DNA from: an uncultured Candidatus Saccharibacteria bacterium
GTDB lineage: Bacteria; Patescibacteriota; WWE3; UBA101185; UBA10185
Direction of reading: 5' to 3'
Length of the DNA stretch: 64,000 nt
Assembly: GCA_964385105.1 (NCBI GenBank)
Contig: CAYLMU010000001.1
Span: forward strand, 194,252-258,251
Position 1 is the first letter of the stretch. Each line of letters starts with the position of its first letter. The translations under genes were made by a program, and so were the position numbers. Positions 48,119-59,765 of this stretch are shown piece after piece. Under the pieces are notes generated by a model that had not been told where the DNA came from, searched no databases, and was given only the letters and a program-made list of their open reading frames with translations.

Positions 48119-48274
48119 CTATCCTTTCACAATTTCATCCAGTTTATCTAAAAACTTTAAATAAATTTCTTCAAGGTCTTTATCAAACTCTTCTTTAAGA
48201 GCTTTAATATCTTGCTTTTTAACGGAATCGGTATTTGTTTGAGTTTTTGGATTTTGTGTTGTGGCAGTATCCAT
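48119..48274 (-). CDS. 51-aa hypothetical protein
   Basis: Start reset to ATG 48274 (MDTATTQ...IVKG), 6 nt after TATCAT; this removes the overlap with the HAD gene. Confidence 0.6.
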   Translation of the reverse strand: MDTATTQNPKTQTNTDSVKKQDIKALKEEFDKDLEEIYLKFLDKLDEIVKG

Positions 48275-48311
48275 AAATAAATGATACACATATTTCGTGT
48301 AAAATAAAACA

Positions 48312-48959
48312 GTGCCTACCCAAATAGCATACAAAAATATAATTTTTGATTTTGACGGAACTTTAGCCGATACATTTGATACCGCTATTAGGATAATAAA
48401 TAAAGAGCCTTCTAAGTTTGGAATTGACGGAATTGATGAGTCAGAAATTCCCCGCCTCAAAAATATGTCTATAAAGTATTTGCTAAGAGAGTTTAACGTA
48501 AATATATTGCGTGTCCCGATGTTTGTAAAAATGCTTCAGGAAGCATTGTATAGTGAAGCAGATTCCATAAAGGCATTTCCTCATATCGAAGAGTTGATAG
48601 TGGATTTAAAACTCAAAGGGGGTAATTTGGGCATAATCACAAGCAATTCAAAAAAAATGGTGGAAAAGTTTTTGGAAAATGAAGATATTCATGTTTTTGA
48701 CTATATTAGATCTGAAAAGGCACTTTTTGGTAAACATCAATCTATAACCCGAATTATGAAAAAATATAAATTTAACCCTGCTGAAACTATTTATGTTGGT
48801 GATGAGGTACGTGACATAAATGCAACAAAAAAAGTAGGAATTCCTATAGTATCAGTTACGTGGGGCTATAATGATGAGAAGATTCTGAAACTTCATGAGC
48901 CGGAATTTATGGCTCATTCGGTAGATGAGTTGAGAAACATCTTATTTACAAGTGATTGA
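48312..48959 (+). CDS. HAD-superfamily hydrolase (phosphoglycolate phosphatase-like)
   Basis: FDFDGTL, ITSN, K, YVGDEVRD, VTWGYN. Confidence 0.92.
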   Translation: MPTQIAYKNIIFDFDGTLADTFDTAIRIINKEPSKFGIDGIDESEIPRLKNMSIKYLLREFNVNILRVPMFVKMLQEALYSEADSIKAFPHIEELIVDLKLKGGNLGIITSNSKKMVEKFLENEDIHVFDYIRSEKALFGKHQSITRIMKKYKFNPAETIYVGDEVRDINATKKVGIPIVSVTWGYNDEKILKLHEPEFMAHSVDELRNILFTSD

Positions 48960-49003
48960 CACTTTTTGGCTTTATTAACTTTAGTGGTAGTATAATACCT
49001 GAC

Positions 49004-49546
49004 ATGAATGAAAAAAGCTTTTTAATTGAACTTCTCGAAACCTTTTCTACGTCATTTATTATTCTGATGCTTATTTACTGGTTTGTTGCATTACCCGAAG
49101 TTGTGTTCGGTGCAAGCATGGAACCGACATTTTATACCGGAGAGCGAATTTTGGTTGAAAAAGTTACTAAACATTTTAAAGATTTTGAAAGAGGGGACAT
49201 TGTTGTTTTGTATCCTCCCGGAAATGATACGGATCATTATGTAAAAAGAATTGTGGGTGTTGAGGGTGATATTTTTAAAATCAGCAACTGCAAGGTTTAT
49301 ATAACACGTGAAGATGGTAAATTTGAGTTGGAAGAGCCTTATTTATCTTCTTCATCTTGCACGGGTGAAGGGTCAAAAATTAAAGAAGGATTTTCAATTA
49401 AGCTTGGTGCGGGTGAATATATTGTGCTGGGCGATAATCGGGAAAGGTCGGTTGATTCAAGAACTTTGGGTATTATAAAAGAAGACAGGATTGTTGGAAG
49501 AGTGGCATTTAGGTTTTGGCCGCTTGATAAAGTGAGATTTTATTAA
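49004..49546 (+). CDS. lepB: Signal peptidase I
   Basis: GASMEPT, RGDIVV, YVKRIVG, GDNRERSVDSR; ATG 49004 lies 7 nt after TATAAT. Confidence 0.95.
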   Translation: MNEKSFLIELLETFSTSFIILMLIYWFVALPEVVFGASMEPTFYTGERILVEKVTKHFKDFERGDIVVLYPPGNDTDHYVKRIVGVEGDIFKISNCKVYITREDGKFELEEPYLSSSSCTGEGSKIKEGFSIKLGAGEYIVLGDNRERSVDSRTLGIIKEDRIVGRVAFRFWPLDKVRFY

Positions 49547-49563
49547 TTTTTATACTAAAGTTA

Positions 49564-49592
49564 TTGACATTGTGCCATGCGTATGGTAATTT
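49564..49592 (+). promoter_or_regulatory. rpoBC promoter
   Basis: TTGACA-17nt-TAATTT with a TG extension. Confidence 0.65.
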
Positions 49593-49699
49593 TCGACTTG
49601 TCGATAATTCTCGGGCTTTACAACAGCAAATTCTTTGTTAGAATAATAAAGCGGTTTTTATAAAATTAAATTAGAAAGCTTTACATAAAAAACTCTTAA

Positions 49700-52600
49700 A
49701 TGAGGCATAATTTTTCAAAAAGGAAAAAATTACAGGCTTTACCGGATTTAGTTTCCATACAGCACGATTCTTATAATTGGCTGAAAAATTCCGGAATTGA
49801 AGAAGTTCTGGATGAACTTGGAACCATTGAAGACACCACCGGACGCGGCTGGGTAATGAAACTTTCTGACCCTCGATTTGATAAAGAAAACAGATCCATC
49901 GCAGAAGCATTTCACAAAGGCCAAAGCTACGATGCCGGATGGTACGTTACGGCTACACTTGAAGACCCCATAAATAACAAGAAAAAAACTAAAGAGATTT
50001 ACATGGGGGATATTCCTTTAATGACTCCATCGGGAACATTTATTATAAATGGAGTAGAAAGAGTAATTATTAACCAATTGAGAAGGTCAGAAGGCGTACT
50101 TTTTACACGTGAAATTCATGCAAGTACAGGAAAATCTTTGGGAGGGGCAAAAGTGCTTCCAAAAAATGGTGCATGGCTTGAAATTAGCACTTCAAGATCA
50201 GGTGTTATAAGCGTAAAAATCGACAGACGAAGAAAATTACCCGTAACTGCTATTTTAAGACTTTTTGGCCTAGAAACCGATGACGATATTAGAGCTGCAT
50301 TTGCCGAAGTAGATAACAATCCCGAAGTAAATTATATTGAGTCAACTTTATCAAAAGATCCGGCTTCATCATATGACGAAGCGGTACTTGAAGTTTACAA
50401 AAAAATGAGACCGGGTGAACCTCTTGCTTTAGACAGTGCAAGAGAACTTGTACAAACGTTATTTTTTAACCCCAGAAGATACAATTTAGGAAAAGTCGGA
50501 CGATTTAAGCTAAATAAAACTCTTGGGTTGAGTTTTCCGGAAGAGGGTAGATTTTTACTACTACAGCTTGAAGATATTATAAACATTGTAGCTGAAGTAA
50601 TTAGAATCAATAATGGAGTTTCACAGCCAAGCGATGTTGACCATTTGTCTAATAGAAGAGTAAGAAGTGTTGGTGAGCTGTTACAAGATGAAATAAGAAT
50701 CGGATTTTTGAGAATGGAAAGAAATATTAAAGAAAGAATGAGTCTACAGCCACGAGATGAGTTGCCTGACCCTAGTGTTTTGATTTCTGCAAGAACAGTT
50801 TCTGCCGCAATTCACAGCTTTTTTGCGACAGGACAGCTTTCACAGCATCACGATCAGCAAAATCCGTTAACTGCACTTGATCATATGAGAAGGCTTTCGG
50901 TTTTAGGTCCGGGAGGTTTAACACGTGAAAGAGCAAGCATGTCAGTTAGAGACGTGCATCATTCTTCATTTGGAAAAATTTGTCCGGTAAGAACACCTGA
51001 AGGCCCGAATGTTGGTTTAATAAACTATTTGGCTTCTTATGCAAAAGTAAATGATTACGGATTTTTGGAAACTCCCTATATTAGAATTGAAAAAACAAAC
51101 GACGACAAAATGAGAGTTACGGAGGAAGTTGTTTATTTAGCAGCTTACGAAGAAGATGAAGTTTACATAACAGACTCATCAGTTGAGCAGGATGAAAAAG
51201 GCATAATTACACAAACACAGGTTCCTTTAAGAAAAGGAGGTAATTTTGTACTTGGTGATGTTAAAAATGCGCAATACATGGAATTAATTCCTATGCAAAC
51301 CGTTGGTATAGCAGCAGGATTAATTTCGTTTTTACCAAATGACGATATTTCAAGAGCTTTAATGGGTACTCAGCAAATGTCACAGGCTGTTCCGTTAATT
51401 GTGCCTGAAGCACCTATAGTAGGTACAGGCATAGAAAATGATATAGCATTAAATTCAGGTATTGTGACGGTAGCAGAAGATGACGGTGAGGTGAAATATG
51501 CTGACGCCGAAAGAGTTGTTATTAAATACAAGGGAAGTTCCAAAGATGTTGAATATAATCCTAAAAAGTTTGAGCGTTCAAATCAATACACTTCTATTAA
51601 TCAAAAAGTGGTAGTAAGTACCGGTGACAAAATTAAAAAAGGTCAGGTTTTATTCGAAGGTCCAGCAAGTGACAACGGCGAACTTTCTATTGGAATCAAT
51701 TTAAAAACAGCTTACATGATTTATGAAGGTTATGAGTATGAAGACGGGGTTATTATTTCAGACAGATTAATTAAAGAAGACGTTTTAACGTCAAATCATA
51801 TAACAAACTATAAAGTAGCTGTTTTGGAAACTAAACTTGGCCCAGAAGAAATTACTGCAGATATTCCAAATGTATCAGAGGAAGCACTAAGAAATCTTGA
51901 TGAAGATGGAATTGTTGTAATCGGGTCAAAAGTTAAAGGCGGAGATATTCTGGTTGGTAAAGTCGCACCAAAAGGTGAAGTGGAGTTGTCTGCTGAAGAA
52001 AGATTGTTGAGAGCAATTTTTGGTGAAAAAGCAAAAGAAGTTCGTGATAACTCACTTGTAATGCCTCATGGAAAACATGGCGTTGTTATAGGTATAAAAA
52101 GAGTTACAAGAAAAGAAAATACCAATCTTCCAACAGGGACATTAGAAGAAATTACAATTTATGTGGCTCAACAAAAAAAGATTGAAGTTGGTGATAAGCT
52201 TTCGGGAAGACACGGTAACAAGGGTGTAATTTCAGCTGTTGTTCCTGAGGTCGATATGCCTCATTTAGAAGATGGAACACCTATAGATATTATCTTTTCA
52301 TCAGAAGCTGTTTTAAAAAGAATGAACGTCGGTCAGATTTTGGAAGCTCCGCTTGGTATGGCAGGTAAAAGACTTGGCAAAAAATATGTGATTCCAAACT
52401 TTGAACCTGTTCCGCAAGAAGAAATTGATGAAGAACTAAAACAGGCAGGAGTTCCGGTTTCTGGAAAAATGAAACTTATTGACGGCAGAACCGGTGACTA
52501 TTTTGATGAAGAGGTAGTTGTTGGTGATACTTATATTTTGAAACTAGTACACATGTCTGAAGAAAAAATGCATGCACGTTCAACAGGCCCTTACTCGTTA

Positions 52601-53020
52601 ATTACACAACAGCCTTTAGGCGGTAAATCACAAATGGGCGGACAAAGACTTGGAGAAATGGAAGTATGGGCACTTCAAGCTTATGGTGCTGCACACATTC
52701 TAAAAGAAATGTTGACCATTAAGTCTGATGACTGGCTGGGAAGAACACAAGCTTACAAGGCTATACTACAAGGCCAGCCTATACCTGAATCTAATATTCC
52801 TGAATCGTTTAAGTTGTTGGTAAGAGAATTAAACGGATTAGGACTTGGTATTGAAGCTTTGGGTCACGAAGAACTTGAAGGTGAAGTTCTAACTTATGAA
52901 GATTCGGTTCCTCAGGTAGGTGAAGCGGTTTTTGTTGAGGGAAGTTCCGAGACTACCGACGACCTTGAATTAGATGATGAGGATGCAGACGAATCTATTG
53001 AAATTATGGAGGAAGAATAA
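49700..53020 (+). CDS. rpoB: RNA polymerase beta subunit
   Basis: GTFIINGVERV, TPEGPNVGL, GDKLSGRHGNKG, GGQRLGEMEVWAL. Confidence 0.99.
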   Translation: MRHNFSKRKKLQALPDLVSIQHDSYNWLKNSGIEEVLDELGTIEDTTGRGWVMKLSDPRFDKENRSIAEAFHKGQSYDAGWYVTATLEDPINNKKKTKEIYMGDIPLMTPSGTFIINGVERVIINQLRRSEGVLFTREIHASTGKSLGGAKVLPKNGAWLEISTSRSGVISVKIDRRRKLPVTAILRLFGLETDDDIRAAFAEVDNNPEVNYIESTLSKDPASSYDEAVLEVYKKMRPGEPLALDSARELVQTLFFNPRRYNLGKVGRFKLNKTLGLSFPEEGRFLLLQLEDIINIVAEVIRINNGVSQPSDVDHLSNRRVRSVGELLQDEIRIGFLRMERNIKERMSLQPRDELPDPSVLISARTVSAAIHSFFATGQLSQHHDQQNPLTALDHMRRLSVLGPGGLTRERASMSVRDVHHSSFGKICPVRTPEGPNVGLINYLASYAKVNDYGFLETPYIRIEKTNDDKMRVTEEVVYLAAYEEDEVYITDSSVEQDEKGIITQTQVPLRKGGNFVLGDVKNAQYMELIPMQTVGIAAGLISFLPNDDISRALMGTQQMSQAVPLIVPEAPIVGTGIENDIALNSGIVTVAEDDGEVKYADAERVVIKYKGSSKDVEYNPKKFERSNQYTSINQKVVVSTGDKIKKGQVLFEGPASDNGELSIGINLKTAYMIYEGYEYEDGVIISDRLIKEDVLTSNHITNYKVAVLETKLGPEEITADIPNVSEEALRNLDEDGIVVIGSKVKGGDILVGKVAPKGEVELSAEERLLRAIFGEKAKEVRDNSLVMPHGKHGVVIGIKRVTRKENTNLPTGTLEEITIYVAQQKKIEVGDKLSGRHGNKGVISAVVPEVDMPHLEDGTPIDIIFSSEAVLKRMNVGQILEAPLGMAGKRLGKKYVIPNFEPVPQEEIDEELKQAGVPVSGKMKLIDGRTGDYFDEEVVVGDTYILKLVHMSEEKMHARSTGPYSLITQQPLGGKSQMGGQRLGEMEVWALQAYGAAHILKEMLTIKSDDWLGRTQAYKAILQGQPIPESNIPESFKLLVRELNGLGLGIEALGHEELEGEVLTYEDSVPQVGEAVFVEGSSETTDDLELDDEDADESIEIMEEE

Positions 53021-53021
53021 T

Positions 53022-56000
53022 ATGAAAAATTTAAATGAATTAAGAGATTTTGAAGCTTTAAAAATATATTTGGCATCTTCAGAAGACATGCTTGAATGGT
53101 CTTATGGTGAAGTGACCAAACCGGAAACAATTAACTACAGAACTTTCAGGCCGGAAAGGGACGGATTATTTGACGAAAGAATTTTTGGACCAGTTAGAGA
53201 CTGGACGTGTTACTGCGGAAAATATAAGGGATACAGATATAGTGGTGTTGTTTGCGATAAGTGCGGTGTAGAAGTTGCACATTCAAGAGTACGAAGAGAA
53301 AGAATGGGTCATATTAAACTGGCATCTCCTGTTGTACACGTGTGGTTTTTTAAAGGAATTCCTTCAAAATTAGCACTTTTGCTTGATATTTCACCTCGAA
53401 AGCTTGAGTCGGTTATTTACTTTTCATCTTTTATTGTAACCGGCTACAACGGTGAGAAAAAAGCAAAAGCTATTTCTAATGTAAATGAAGACATGGAAAG
53501 AGAGCTAAGAGTTTTAGAAAAAGACGTAGAAGACCAGGTTAAAGAGCTAGAAAACCAGCTGACCAGTGAAAAAAAAGCTGAAAGTTTTTCTGCTCAGGAA
53601 GAAAATTTACGAATAAAACAAAGAGTTCAGGCTTTAAGAGAAAAATCTGTTGAAGATAAAAGTGAAATTGAAAGAAAATACAATCTTATTCAGAAAAAAC
53701 TTGAAAGTATTGAACTATTTTCAATAATGTCAGATACCGAATATTACAATCTTTCGGAGTATGTGGATATGTTTGCTGAAGTTGCAATCGGGGCAGACGC
53801 AATTAAAGTAATTTTAGAGGGATTGGATTTGGCAGAATTGTCAATGCAGCTTCGAGAAGACATGGAAAGATCAAAAGGCCAAAAAGTTAAAAAAGTAGCA
53901 AAAAGATTAAAAGTTGTTGAAGGTTTTAGAAAGGCAAATATTGAACCGTCCAGAATGGTGCTTGAGGTTCTTCCGGTAATTCCGCCTGAGCTTAGACCAA
54001 TGGTACAGCTTGAAGGTGGAAGATTTGCTACATCAGACTCAAACGACTTATACAGAAGAGTTATTAACAGAAACAACCGATTACAAAAATTGTTAGACCT
54101 TGGTGCTCCCGAAATAATTATTAGAAATGAGAAAAGAATGTTGCAAGAATCAGTTGATGCTTTGATTGACTCATCAAAACAACGAAGCAGTACCAGAACC
54201 ACAAGAGGTAGAAAACAACTCAAATCGCTTGCAGATAATTTAAAAGGAAAACAAGGAAGATTTAGACAAAACTTGCTTGGAAAACGTGTGGATTATTCAG
54301 GTCGTGCGGTAATTATTAACGGGCCTAATCTTAAACTAAACGAATGCGGAATTCCAAAAGATATGGCGCTTGAATTGTTTAAGCCGTTTGTGTTGCGTGA
54401 AGTTTTGGCAAGAGGACTTGCTCCTAATGTAAAAAGCGCAAAATTTGTTGTTGAACAAAGAGGTGCTGAAATTTGGGATATTCTTGAAGAATTGGTAGAA
54501 GGCCACCCTGTACTCTTAAACAGACAGCCTACACTTTGGAGACTTGGTATACAGGCATTTTATCCTAAACTTATTGATGGAAATGCTATTAGACTTCATT
54601 TATGCGTGTGTCCGGGGTATAACGCTGACTTTGACGGTGACCAGATGGCTGTAATGTTACCGTTGGCCGAAGAAGCAATAAATGAAGCAAAAACAAAAAT
54701 GCTATCAACACGAAACTTAAGAAGACCATCTGACGGTATTCCGTTTTCTGTTCCGACAAAAATTATGATTTTCGGAATTTACTACATGACTTCTATTGAT
54801 AAGAACCTAACTGCACATGGTTCAGTTTTCGGTTCAACTGAAGAGGTAAAGTATGCACTTTTAGCGTCAAATAAAATAAAACTAAGACAACCTATAAAAG
54901 CAAGAATTAAAGGTGAAGTGATAGAAACTACTCCCGGAAGAATATTATTTAACCAGGTACTTCCGGAATCATTTGATTTTGTAAATAAGGTTGTTGATAA
55001 AGATGAAGTAAACAAAATACTTGCCTGGGCTTTTGAAACTGAAACTGAGGATGAAGTTGTACGACTTATTGATGACATGAAAAACCTAGGTTTGAAATAT
55101 GGAACCCTTTCGGGTCATTCAGTATCACTAGCAGATGTTAAGATTCCGGATGAAAGAGATGAAATTATTGACGAAGCCAAAAAACATGTAGCTGAAATTA
55201 ACAAAAACTTTGCAAGAGGTTTAATTACAGAAAAAGAATCCACAAGGTTAACTGAAGATGTATGGAACCGGGTTACCGGAGATATAGATGAAAAAGTATG
55301 GGAAACACTTGAAGAAGATAATGCGGTAAAAGTCTTAATTAAGTCAAAAGCTACAAGAGCATCACGAAATCAGGTTAATCAGATTGCAGGTATTAGAGGA
55401 CTTGTATATGACGCAACAGGCAAGCTGGTAAGTGTTCCTTTGCTTGGTAACTACAAAACAGGTTTAACTGCTATGGAATACTTTATTGGAGCAAGAGGTG
55501 CAAGAAAAGGATTAGTGGACAAAGGTCTGAAAACTGCAGATGCCGGATATTTAACAAGAAAACTGGTTGATGTGGCTCAGGATGTTATAACCCGAGAACC
55601 GGATTGCGGAACCGATCAGGGAAGAAGAGTGATTGTAGGTGAAGCCACTGTACTTGCAACATTTGCAGAAAGATTTGAAGGCCGAATTCTTGCACAGGAT
55701 GTAATGTTTAATAACAAATCTATATATGACAAAGGCACTATGTTAACTCTACAAATGCTAAATGACATTGAAGAAAAAGGAATTAAAGAAATAATCATTA
55801 GATCTGCATTAAATTGTGAAACAAAAAGAGGAATCTGTGCAATTTGTTATGGAGCAGATATTATGACACAAAAAATGGTTGAGTTGGGTGAAGCGGTAGG
55901 TGTAAGCGCAGCACAATCAATTGGTGAGCCGGGTACTCAGCTTACAATGAGAACATTTCACACAGGAGGAGTAGCAGGTAAAGACATTACACAAGGTTTA

Positions 56001-56714
56001 CCAAGAATTGAAGAGCTGGTTGAAGCTCGCGCACCAAAATATTTATCTATAATGAGCGATATTACAGGTACAGTTAAAATTTCGGAAAAAGGTGATGAAA
56101 GAAAAATTACGGTTATAGCAAGCGATCCCGAAGCCGAAGAAAAAACCATTGAATATACAATAGATCCGGTAGACGAGGTTGTGGTTGAAGACGGACAGCT
56201 TGTTGCAAAAGGTGAAAAATTAACAGGCGGACACTTAAACCTAACCGATTTATTAAGAACAGTAGGCGTTGCCGAGACCAAAAAATATATCATCGATGAA
56301 ATCCAAAAGGTATATGCATCACAAGGTGTATCCATAAATGATAAACATCTTGAAGTTATTGTTAGACAAATGTTTAACCACGTAAAGATTGAAGACAGCG
56401 GAGATACAGACTTCTTACCTAACAGCATAGTTACAAAAGACACTTTTGAAGAAGAAAATGAAAGAGTTATTGCAGAAGGCGGTACCCCAGCTACTGCGTC
56501 GGTGCAGATTTTAGGAATAACCAAAGCTTCCTTGAACACTGACAGTTTCTTATCGGCAGCTTCGTTTATACACACAACACAAGTGTTGACCGACGCTGCA
56601 GCTTCTGGTAAAGTCGATATGTTACTTGGCCTCAAAGAAAACGTTATCATCGGACGACTTATTCCAACAGGAAAAAGAGCAATTTTGGACGATGAGAGCG
56701 TTGATGAGGAATAA
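53022..56714 (+). CDS. rpoC: RNA polymerase beta' subunit
   Basis: Zinc ribbon, [18 protein letters not shown]; start set at ATG 53022. Confidence 0.99.
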   Translation: MKNLNELRDFEALKIYLASSEDMLEWSYGEVTKPETINYRTFRPERDGLFDERIFGPVRDWTCYCGKYKGYRYSGVVCDKCGVEVAHSRVRRERMGHIKLASPVVHVWFFKGIPSKLALLLDISPRKLESVIYFSSFIVTGYNGEKKAKAISNVNEDMERELRVLEKDVEDQVKELENQLTSEKKAESFSAQEENLRIKQRVQALREKSVEDKSEIERKYNLIQKKLESIELFSIMSDTEYYNLSEYVDMFAEVAIGADAIKVILEGLDLAELSMQLREDMERSKGQKVKKVAKRLKVVEGFRKANIEPSRMVLEVLPVIPPELRPMVQLEGGRFATSDSNDLYRRVINRNNRLQKLLDLGAPEIIIRNEKRMLQESVDALIDSSKQRSSTRTTRGRKQLKSLADNLKGKQGRFRQNLLGKRVDYSGRAVIINGPNLKLNECGIPKDMALELFKPFVLREVLARGLAPNVKSAKFVVEQRGAEIWDILEELVEGHPVLLNRQPTLWRLGIQAFYPKLIDGNAIRLHLCVCPGYNADFDGDQMAVMLPLAEEAINEAKTKMLSTRNLRRPSDGIPFSVPTKIMIFGIYYMTSIDKNLTAHGSVFGSTEEVKYALLASNKIKLRQPIKARIKGEVIETTPGRILFNQVLPESFDFVNKVVDKDEVNKILAWAFETETEDEVVRLIDDMKNLGLKYGTLSGHSVSLADVKIPDERDEIIDEAKKHVAEINKNFARGLITEKESTRLTEDVWNRVTGDIDEKVWETLEEDNAVKVLIKSKATRASRNQVNQIAGIRGLVYDATGKLVSVPLLGNYKTGLTAMEYFIGARGARKGLVDKGLKTADAGYLTRKLVDVAQDVITREPDCGTDQGRRVIVGEATVLATFAERFEGRILAQDVMFNNKSIYDKGTMLTLQMLNDIEEKGIKEIIIRSALNCETKRGICAICYGADIMTQKMVELGEAVGVSAAQSIGEPGTQLTMRTFHTGGVAGKDITQGLPRIEELVEARAPKYLSIMSDITGTVKISEKGDERKITVIASDPEAEEKTIEYTIDPVDEVVVEDGQLVAKGEKLTGGHLNLTDLLRTVGVAETKKYIIDEIQKVYASQGVSINDKHLEVIVRQMFNHVKIEDSGDTDFLPNSIVTKDTFEEENERVIAEGGTPATASVQILGITKASLNTDSFLSAASFIHTTQVLTDAAASGKVDMLLGLKENVIIGRLIPTGKRAILDDESVDEE

Positions 56715-56716
56715 TT

Positions 56717-57130
56717 ATGCCAACAGTAAATCAACTAATAAGAAAAGGAAGAAAATCAAAGAAAAAGAAGGCTTCAACACCTGCATTATCAGAAGTTTAC
56801 AATGCAAAGAAGCGAGTATTTAACCCTAGTGAAGGGCCGTTTAAACGCGGTGTATGTTTGCAGGTTAAAACTTTAACTCCCAGAAAACCAAACTCAGCTT
56901 TAAGGAAAGTTGCCAGAGTAAGACTTTCTAACAGAAGAGATGTTACTGCATATATTCCCGGTGAAGGGCATTCATTGCAAGAACACTCGGTGGTTATGAT
57001 AAGAGGAGGAAGAGTTAAAGATTTACCAGGTATTAAATACACAATTATAAGAGGAAAATTTGATTTACAGGGTGTGCAGGGAAGAAAGTCATCAAGGTCA
57101 AGGTATGGAGCAAAAAAACCTAAAGATTAA
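56717..57130 (+). CDS. rpsL: 30S ribosomal protein S12
   Basis: [28 protein letters not shown]. Confidence 0.99.
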   Translation: MPTVNQLIRKGRKSKKKKASTPALSEVYNAKKRVFNPSEGPFKRGVCLQVKTLTPRKPNSALRKVARVRLSNRRDVTAYIPGEGHSLQEHSVVMIRGGRVKDLPGIKYTIIRGKFDLQGVQGRKSSRSRYGAKKPKD

Positions 57131-57141
57131 TAAGGATTAGC

Positions 57142-57606
57142 ATGAGAGCACAAAAAGCAAAAAAAAGAGTCACAAGACCAGATTCACTTTATAAATCAAG
57201 AATAGTTGCAAGGACTATAAATTCATTAATGAAAGATGGTAAAAAAAGTGTAGCTGAGAGTATAATGTATTCTTCACTTGAAAAAATCTCTGATGACAGA
57301 AAAGAAGCACTAGCAATATTTGAAGAAGCTATAAAAAATATAATGCCCCGACAGGAAGTTAGATCAAGAAGAGTCGGAGGCGCAACTTATCAGGTTCCTA
57401 TGCCTGTCAAACATCAAAGAGCCGAAGCTTTGGCAATTAGATGGCTTATTGAGGCTGCAAGAAAAAGACAAGGCAAACCAATGGATGAGTTTTTATTTGA
57501 AGAAATTAAGAATGCAAATGATGGGGTAGGTTCAGCTATTGCAAAAAGAGACGAAACTCACAGAATGGCAGAAGCAAATCGAGCATTTGCACACTTCAGG
57601 TTTTAA
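57142..57606 (+). CDS. rpsG: 30S ribosomal protein S7
   Basis: SRRVGGATYQVP, HRMAEANRAFAHF. Confidence 0.99.
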   Translation: MRAQKAKKRVTRPDSLYKSRIVARTINSLMKDGKKSVAESIMYSSLEKISDDRKEALAIFEEAIKNIMPRQEVRSRRVGGATYQVPMPVKHQRAEALAIRWLIEAARKRQGKPMDEFLFEEIKNANDGVGSAIAKRDETHRMAEANRAFAHFRF

Positions 57607-57609
57607 AAA

Positions 57610-59691
57610 ATGGCAAAGACTGCTGATATAAAAAAATATCCTTTGGATAAAATAAGAAATATTGGAATTATTGCTCATGTTGATGCAGGAAAAACCACTA
57701 CAACAGAGCGTATTTTATATTTCACAGGGCGTTCACATAAAATTGGTGAAGTACATGAAGGAGCCGCTCAAATGGACTGGATGGCACAAGAGCGTGAAAG
57801 AGGTATAACCATTACTTCAGCTGCTACCACCTGTTTTTGGAATGACCATAGAATAAATATTATTGATACTCCCGGTCACGTAGACTTTACGGCTGAAGTT
57901 GAAAGATCATTAAGGGTGCTTGATGGAGGTGTTGTGTTATTTGACGGATCGCAAGGTGTAGAACCCCAAAGCGAAACTGTGTGGAGACAGTCTGAGAAAT
58001 ATCATGTTCCTTTATTATGTTTTATCAATAAGCTCGACAAAATAGGCGGAGATTTTTACATGTCGCTTAATTCAATTTTAGAAAGACTTTCTCCAAATGC
58101 ATATGCCGTTCAATTACCTATTGGGATTGAAGGGGATTTTAAATCAATTATTGATCTTGTTGAGAAAAAAGCATATAAATTTTCAGGTGAGCTTGGAGCT
58201 ACAATAGATGAAATTGAAATTCCAGCGGACATGGCAGACAAAGTTGAAGAATATAGAACAAAACTAATAGAAAAAGTTGCCGAATCCGATGATACTTTAA
58301 TTGAAAAATATTTAGCAGGTGAAGAATTAACACCTGAAGAAATCAAAAGAGGAATTAGAAAACTTACTGTGAAAACAGAATTATACCCTGTATTTTGTGG
58401 TGCTTCATTAAGTAATATTGGAGTTCAAAGACTTCTTGATGGAGTTGTAGATTATCTTCCTTCACCGCTGGAAACCCCTGATATTGTAGGTCATAAAGTA
58501 AATTCTGACGAAACCGTTGTTATAAAAACCGATGAAAGTGAACCCTTTGCAGCACTTGCATTTAAAATACAAACAGACCCATATGTTGGTAGATTAACAT
58601 ATGTAAGAGTTTATTCCGGAAAAGTTGACGCGGGATCATTTGTTTTAAACTCAGCAAAAGGTGAAAAAGAAAGGGTAAGCCGAATTTTATTGATGCATGC
58701 AAACCACCGGGAAGAAGTAAAAGAACTTACTGCCGGTGAAATTGGAGCTGTAATTGGTTTGAATAACACAATTACAGGGGATACTTTATGTGATGAAAAT
58801 AATCCTGTTGTTTTGGAATCTATTGACTTTGCCGAACCTGTTATTGGTTTAATGATTGAGCCTAAAACAAAAGGTGACCGTGACAAAATGGGTATTGGTC
58901 TTAAAAAACTTATAGAAGAAGATCCTACATTAAAAGTTAAATCTGATGCCGAGACAGCAGAGACAATTTTGTATGGAATGGGTGAGCTGCACCTGGATAT
59001 TATTGTTGACCGACTAAAAAGAGAATTTAATGTTGACGTGAATGTGGGAAGACCTCAAGTAGCATACAGGGAAACTATTAAGGATACAGTAAATCATGAA
59101 ACCAAATATATTCGACAGTCAGGCGGTAGAGGACAATATGGTCACGTTATTATTGAAATGAAACCACTTGATAGGGGTGAAGGTATAGTTTTTGTTAACA
59201 ATATTGTAGGAGGTTCAATCCCAAAAGAATATATTCCTGCAATTGAAAAAGGTATAAATGAAGCAGCAGAAAGCGGTGTGATTGCAGGTTATCCGGTTGT
59301 GGATTTGCAGGTTAAGTTGAATGACGGATCATTTCATGAAGTTGACTCATCCGAAATGGCATTTAAAATAGCTGCATCAGATGCATTTAAATCTGCTCAA
59401 AGAAAAGCAAAGCCATATTTACTTGAGCCAATTATGAGCGTTGAAGTAACCACTCCCGAAGAATTTATGGGAGATGTAATTGGTAATCTATCGTCAAAAC
59501 GCGGTCGTATTGAAGGAAGCACTTCAAGAGGAATGGCAACTGTGGTAAAAGCAAAAGTACCATTGGCCGAGATGTTCGGGTACGCAACTGAATTAAGAGG
59601 AATGACCCAAGGCCGTGCAAGTTTTAGCATGGAACCAAGCCATTATGAAGAAGTTCCTGCAAACTTGGTTGAAGATATTTCAAAAAGATAA
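57610..59691 (+). CDS. fusA: Elongation factor G
   Basis: [40 protein letters not shown]. Confidence 0.99.
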   Translation: MAKTADIKKYPLDKIRNIGIIAHVDAGKTTTTERILYFTGRSHKIGEVHEGAAQMDWMAQERERGITITSAATTCFWNDHRINIIDTPGHVDFTAEVERSLRVLDGGVVLFDGSQGVEPQSETVWRQSEKYHVPLLCFINKLDKIGGDFYMSLNSILERLSPNAYAVQLPIGIEGDFKSIIDLVEKKAYKFSGELGATIDEIEIPADMADKVEEYRTKLIEKVAESDDTLIEKYLAGEELTPEEIKRGIRKLTVKTELYPVFCGASLSNIGVQRLLDGVVDYLPSPLETPDIVGHKVNSDETVVIKTDESEPFAALAFKIQTDPYVGRLTYVRVYSGKVDAGSFVLNSAKGEKERVSRILLMHANHREEVKELTAGEIGAVIGLNNTITGDTLCDENNPVVLESIDFAEPVIGLMIEPKTKGDRDKMGIGLKKLIEEDPTLKVKSDAETAETILYGMGELHLDIIVDRLKREFNVDVNVGRPQVAYRETIKDTVNHETKYIRQSGGRGQYGHVIIEMKPLDRGEGIVFVNNIVGGSIPKEYIPAIEKGINEAAESGVIAGYPVVDLQVKLNDGSFHEVDSSEMAFKIAASDAFKSAQRKAKPYLLEPIMSVEVTTPEEFMGDVIGNLSSKRGRIEGSTSRGMATVVKAKVPLAEMFGYATELRGMTQGRASFSMEPSHYEEVPANLVEDISKR

Positions 59692-59765
59692 TTCACCCTA
59701 TAGCTTTACATTTAAAATATACTCTTGTAAAATAGCAAATATATAAGATACACTTATATTAGCTC

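Noticed and set aside
48275-48460. 113-aa version of the minus-strand ORF
   Set aside because: It overlaps the HAD gene antisense; the ATG at 48274 has a -10 element and removes the overlap
49700-56714. Inteins or introns in rpoB, rpoC or other core genes
   Set aside because: Lengths are normal or short, with no LAGLIDADG or HN-C/S/T splice signatures seen
55958-56734. Long antisense ORFs (258 aa here, 214 aa at 45960-46604, and many of 60-160 aa)
   Set aside because: Shadow frames of well-supported genes, with S/F/I-rich composition and no motifs
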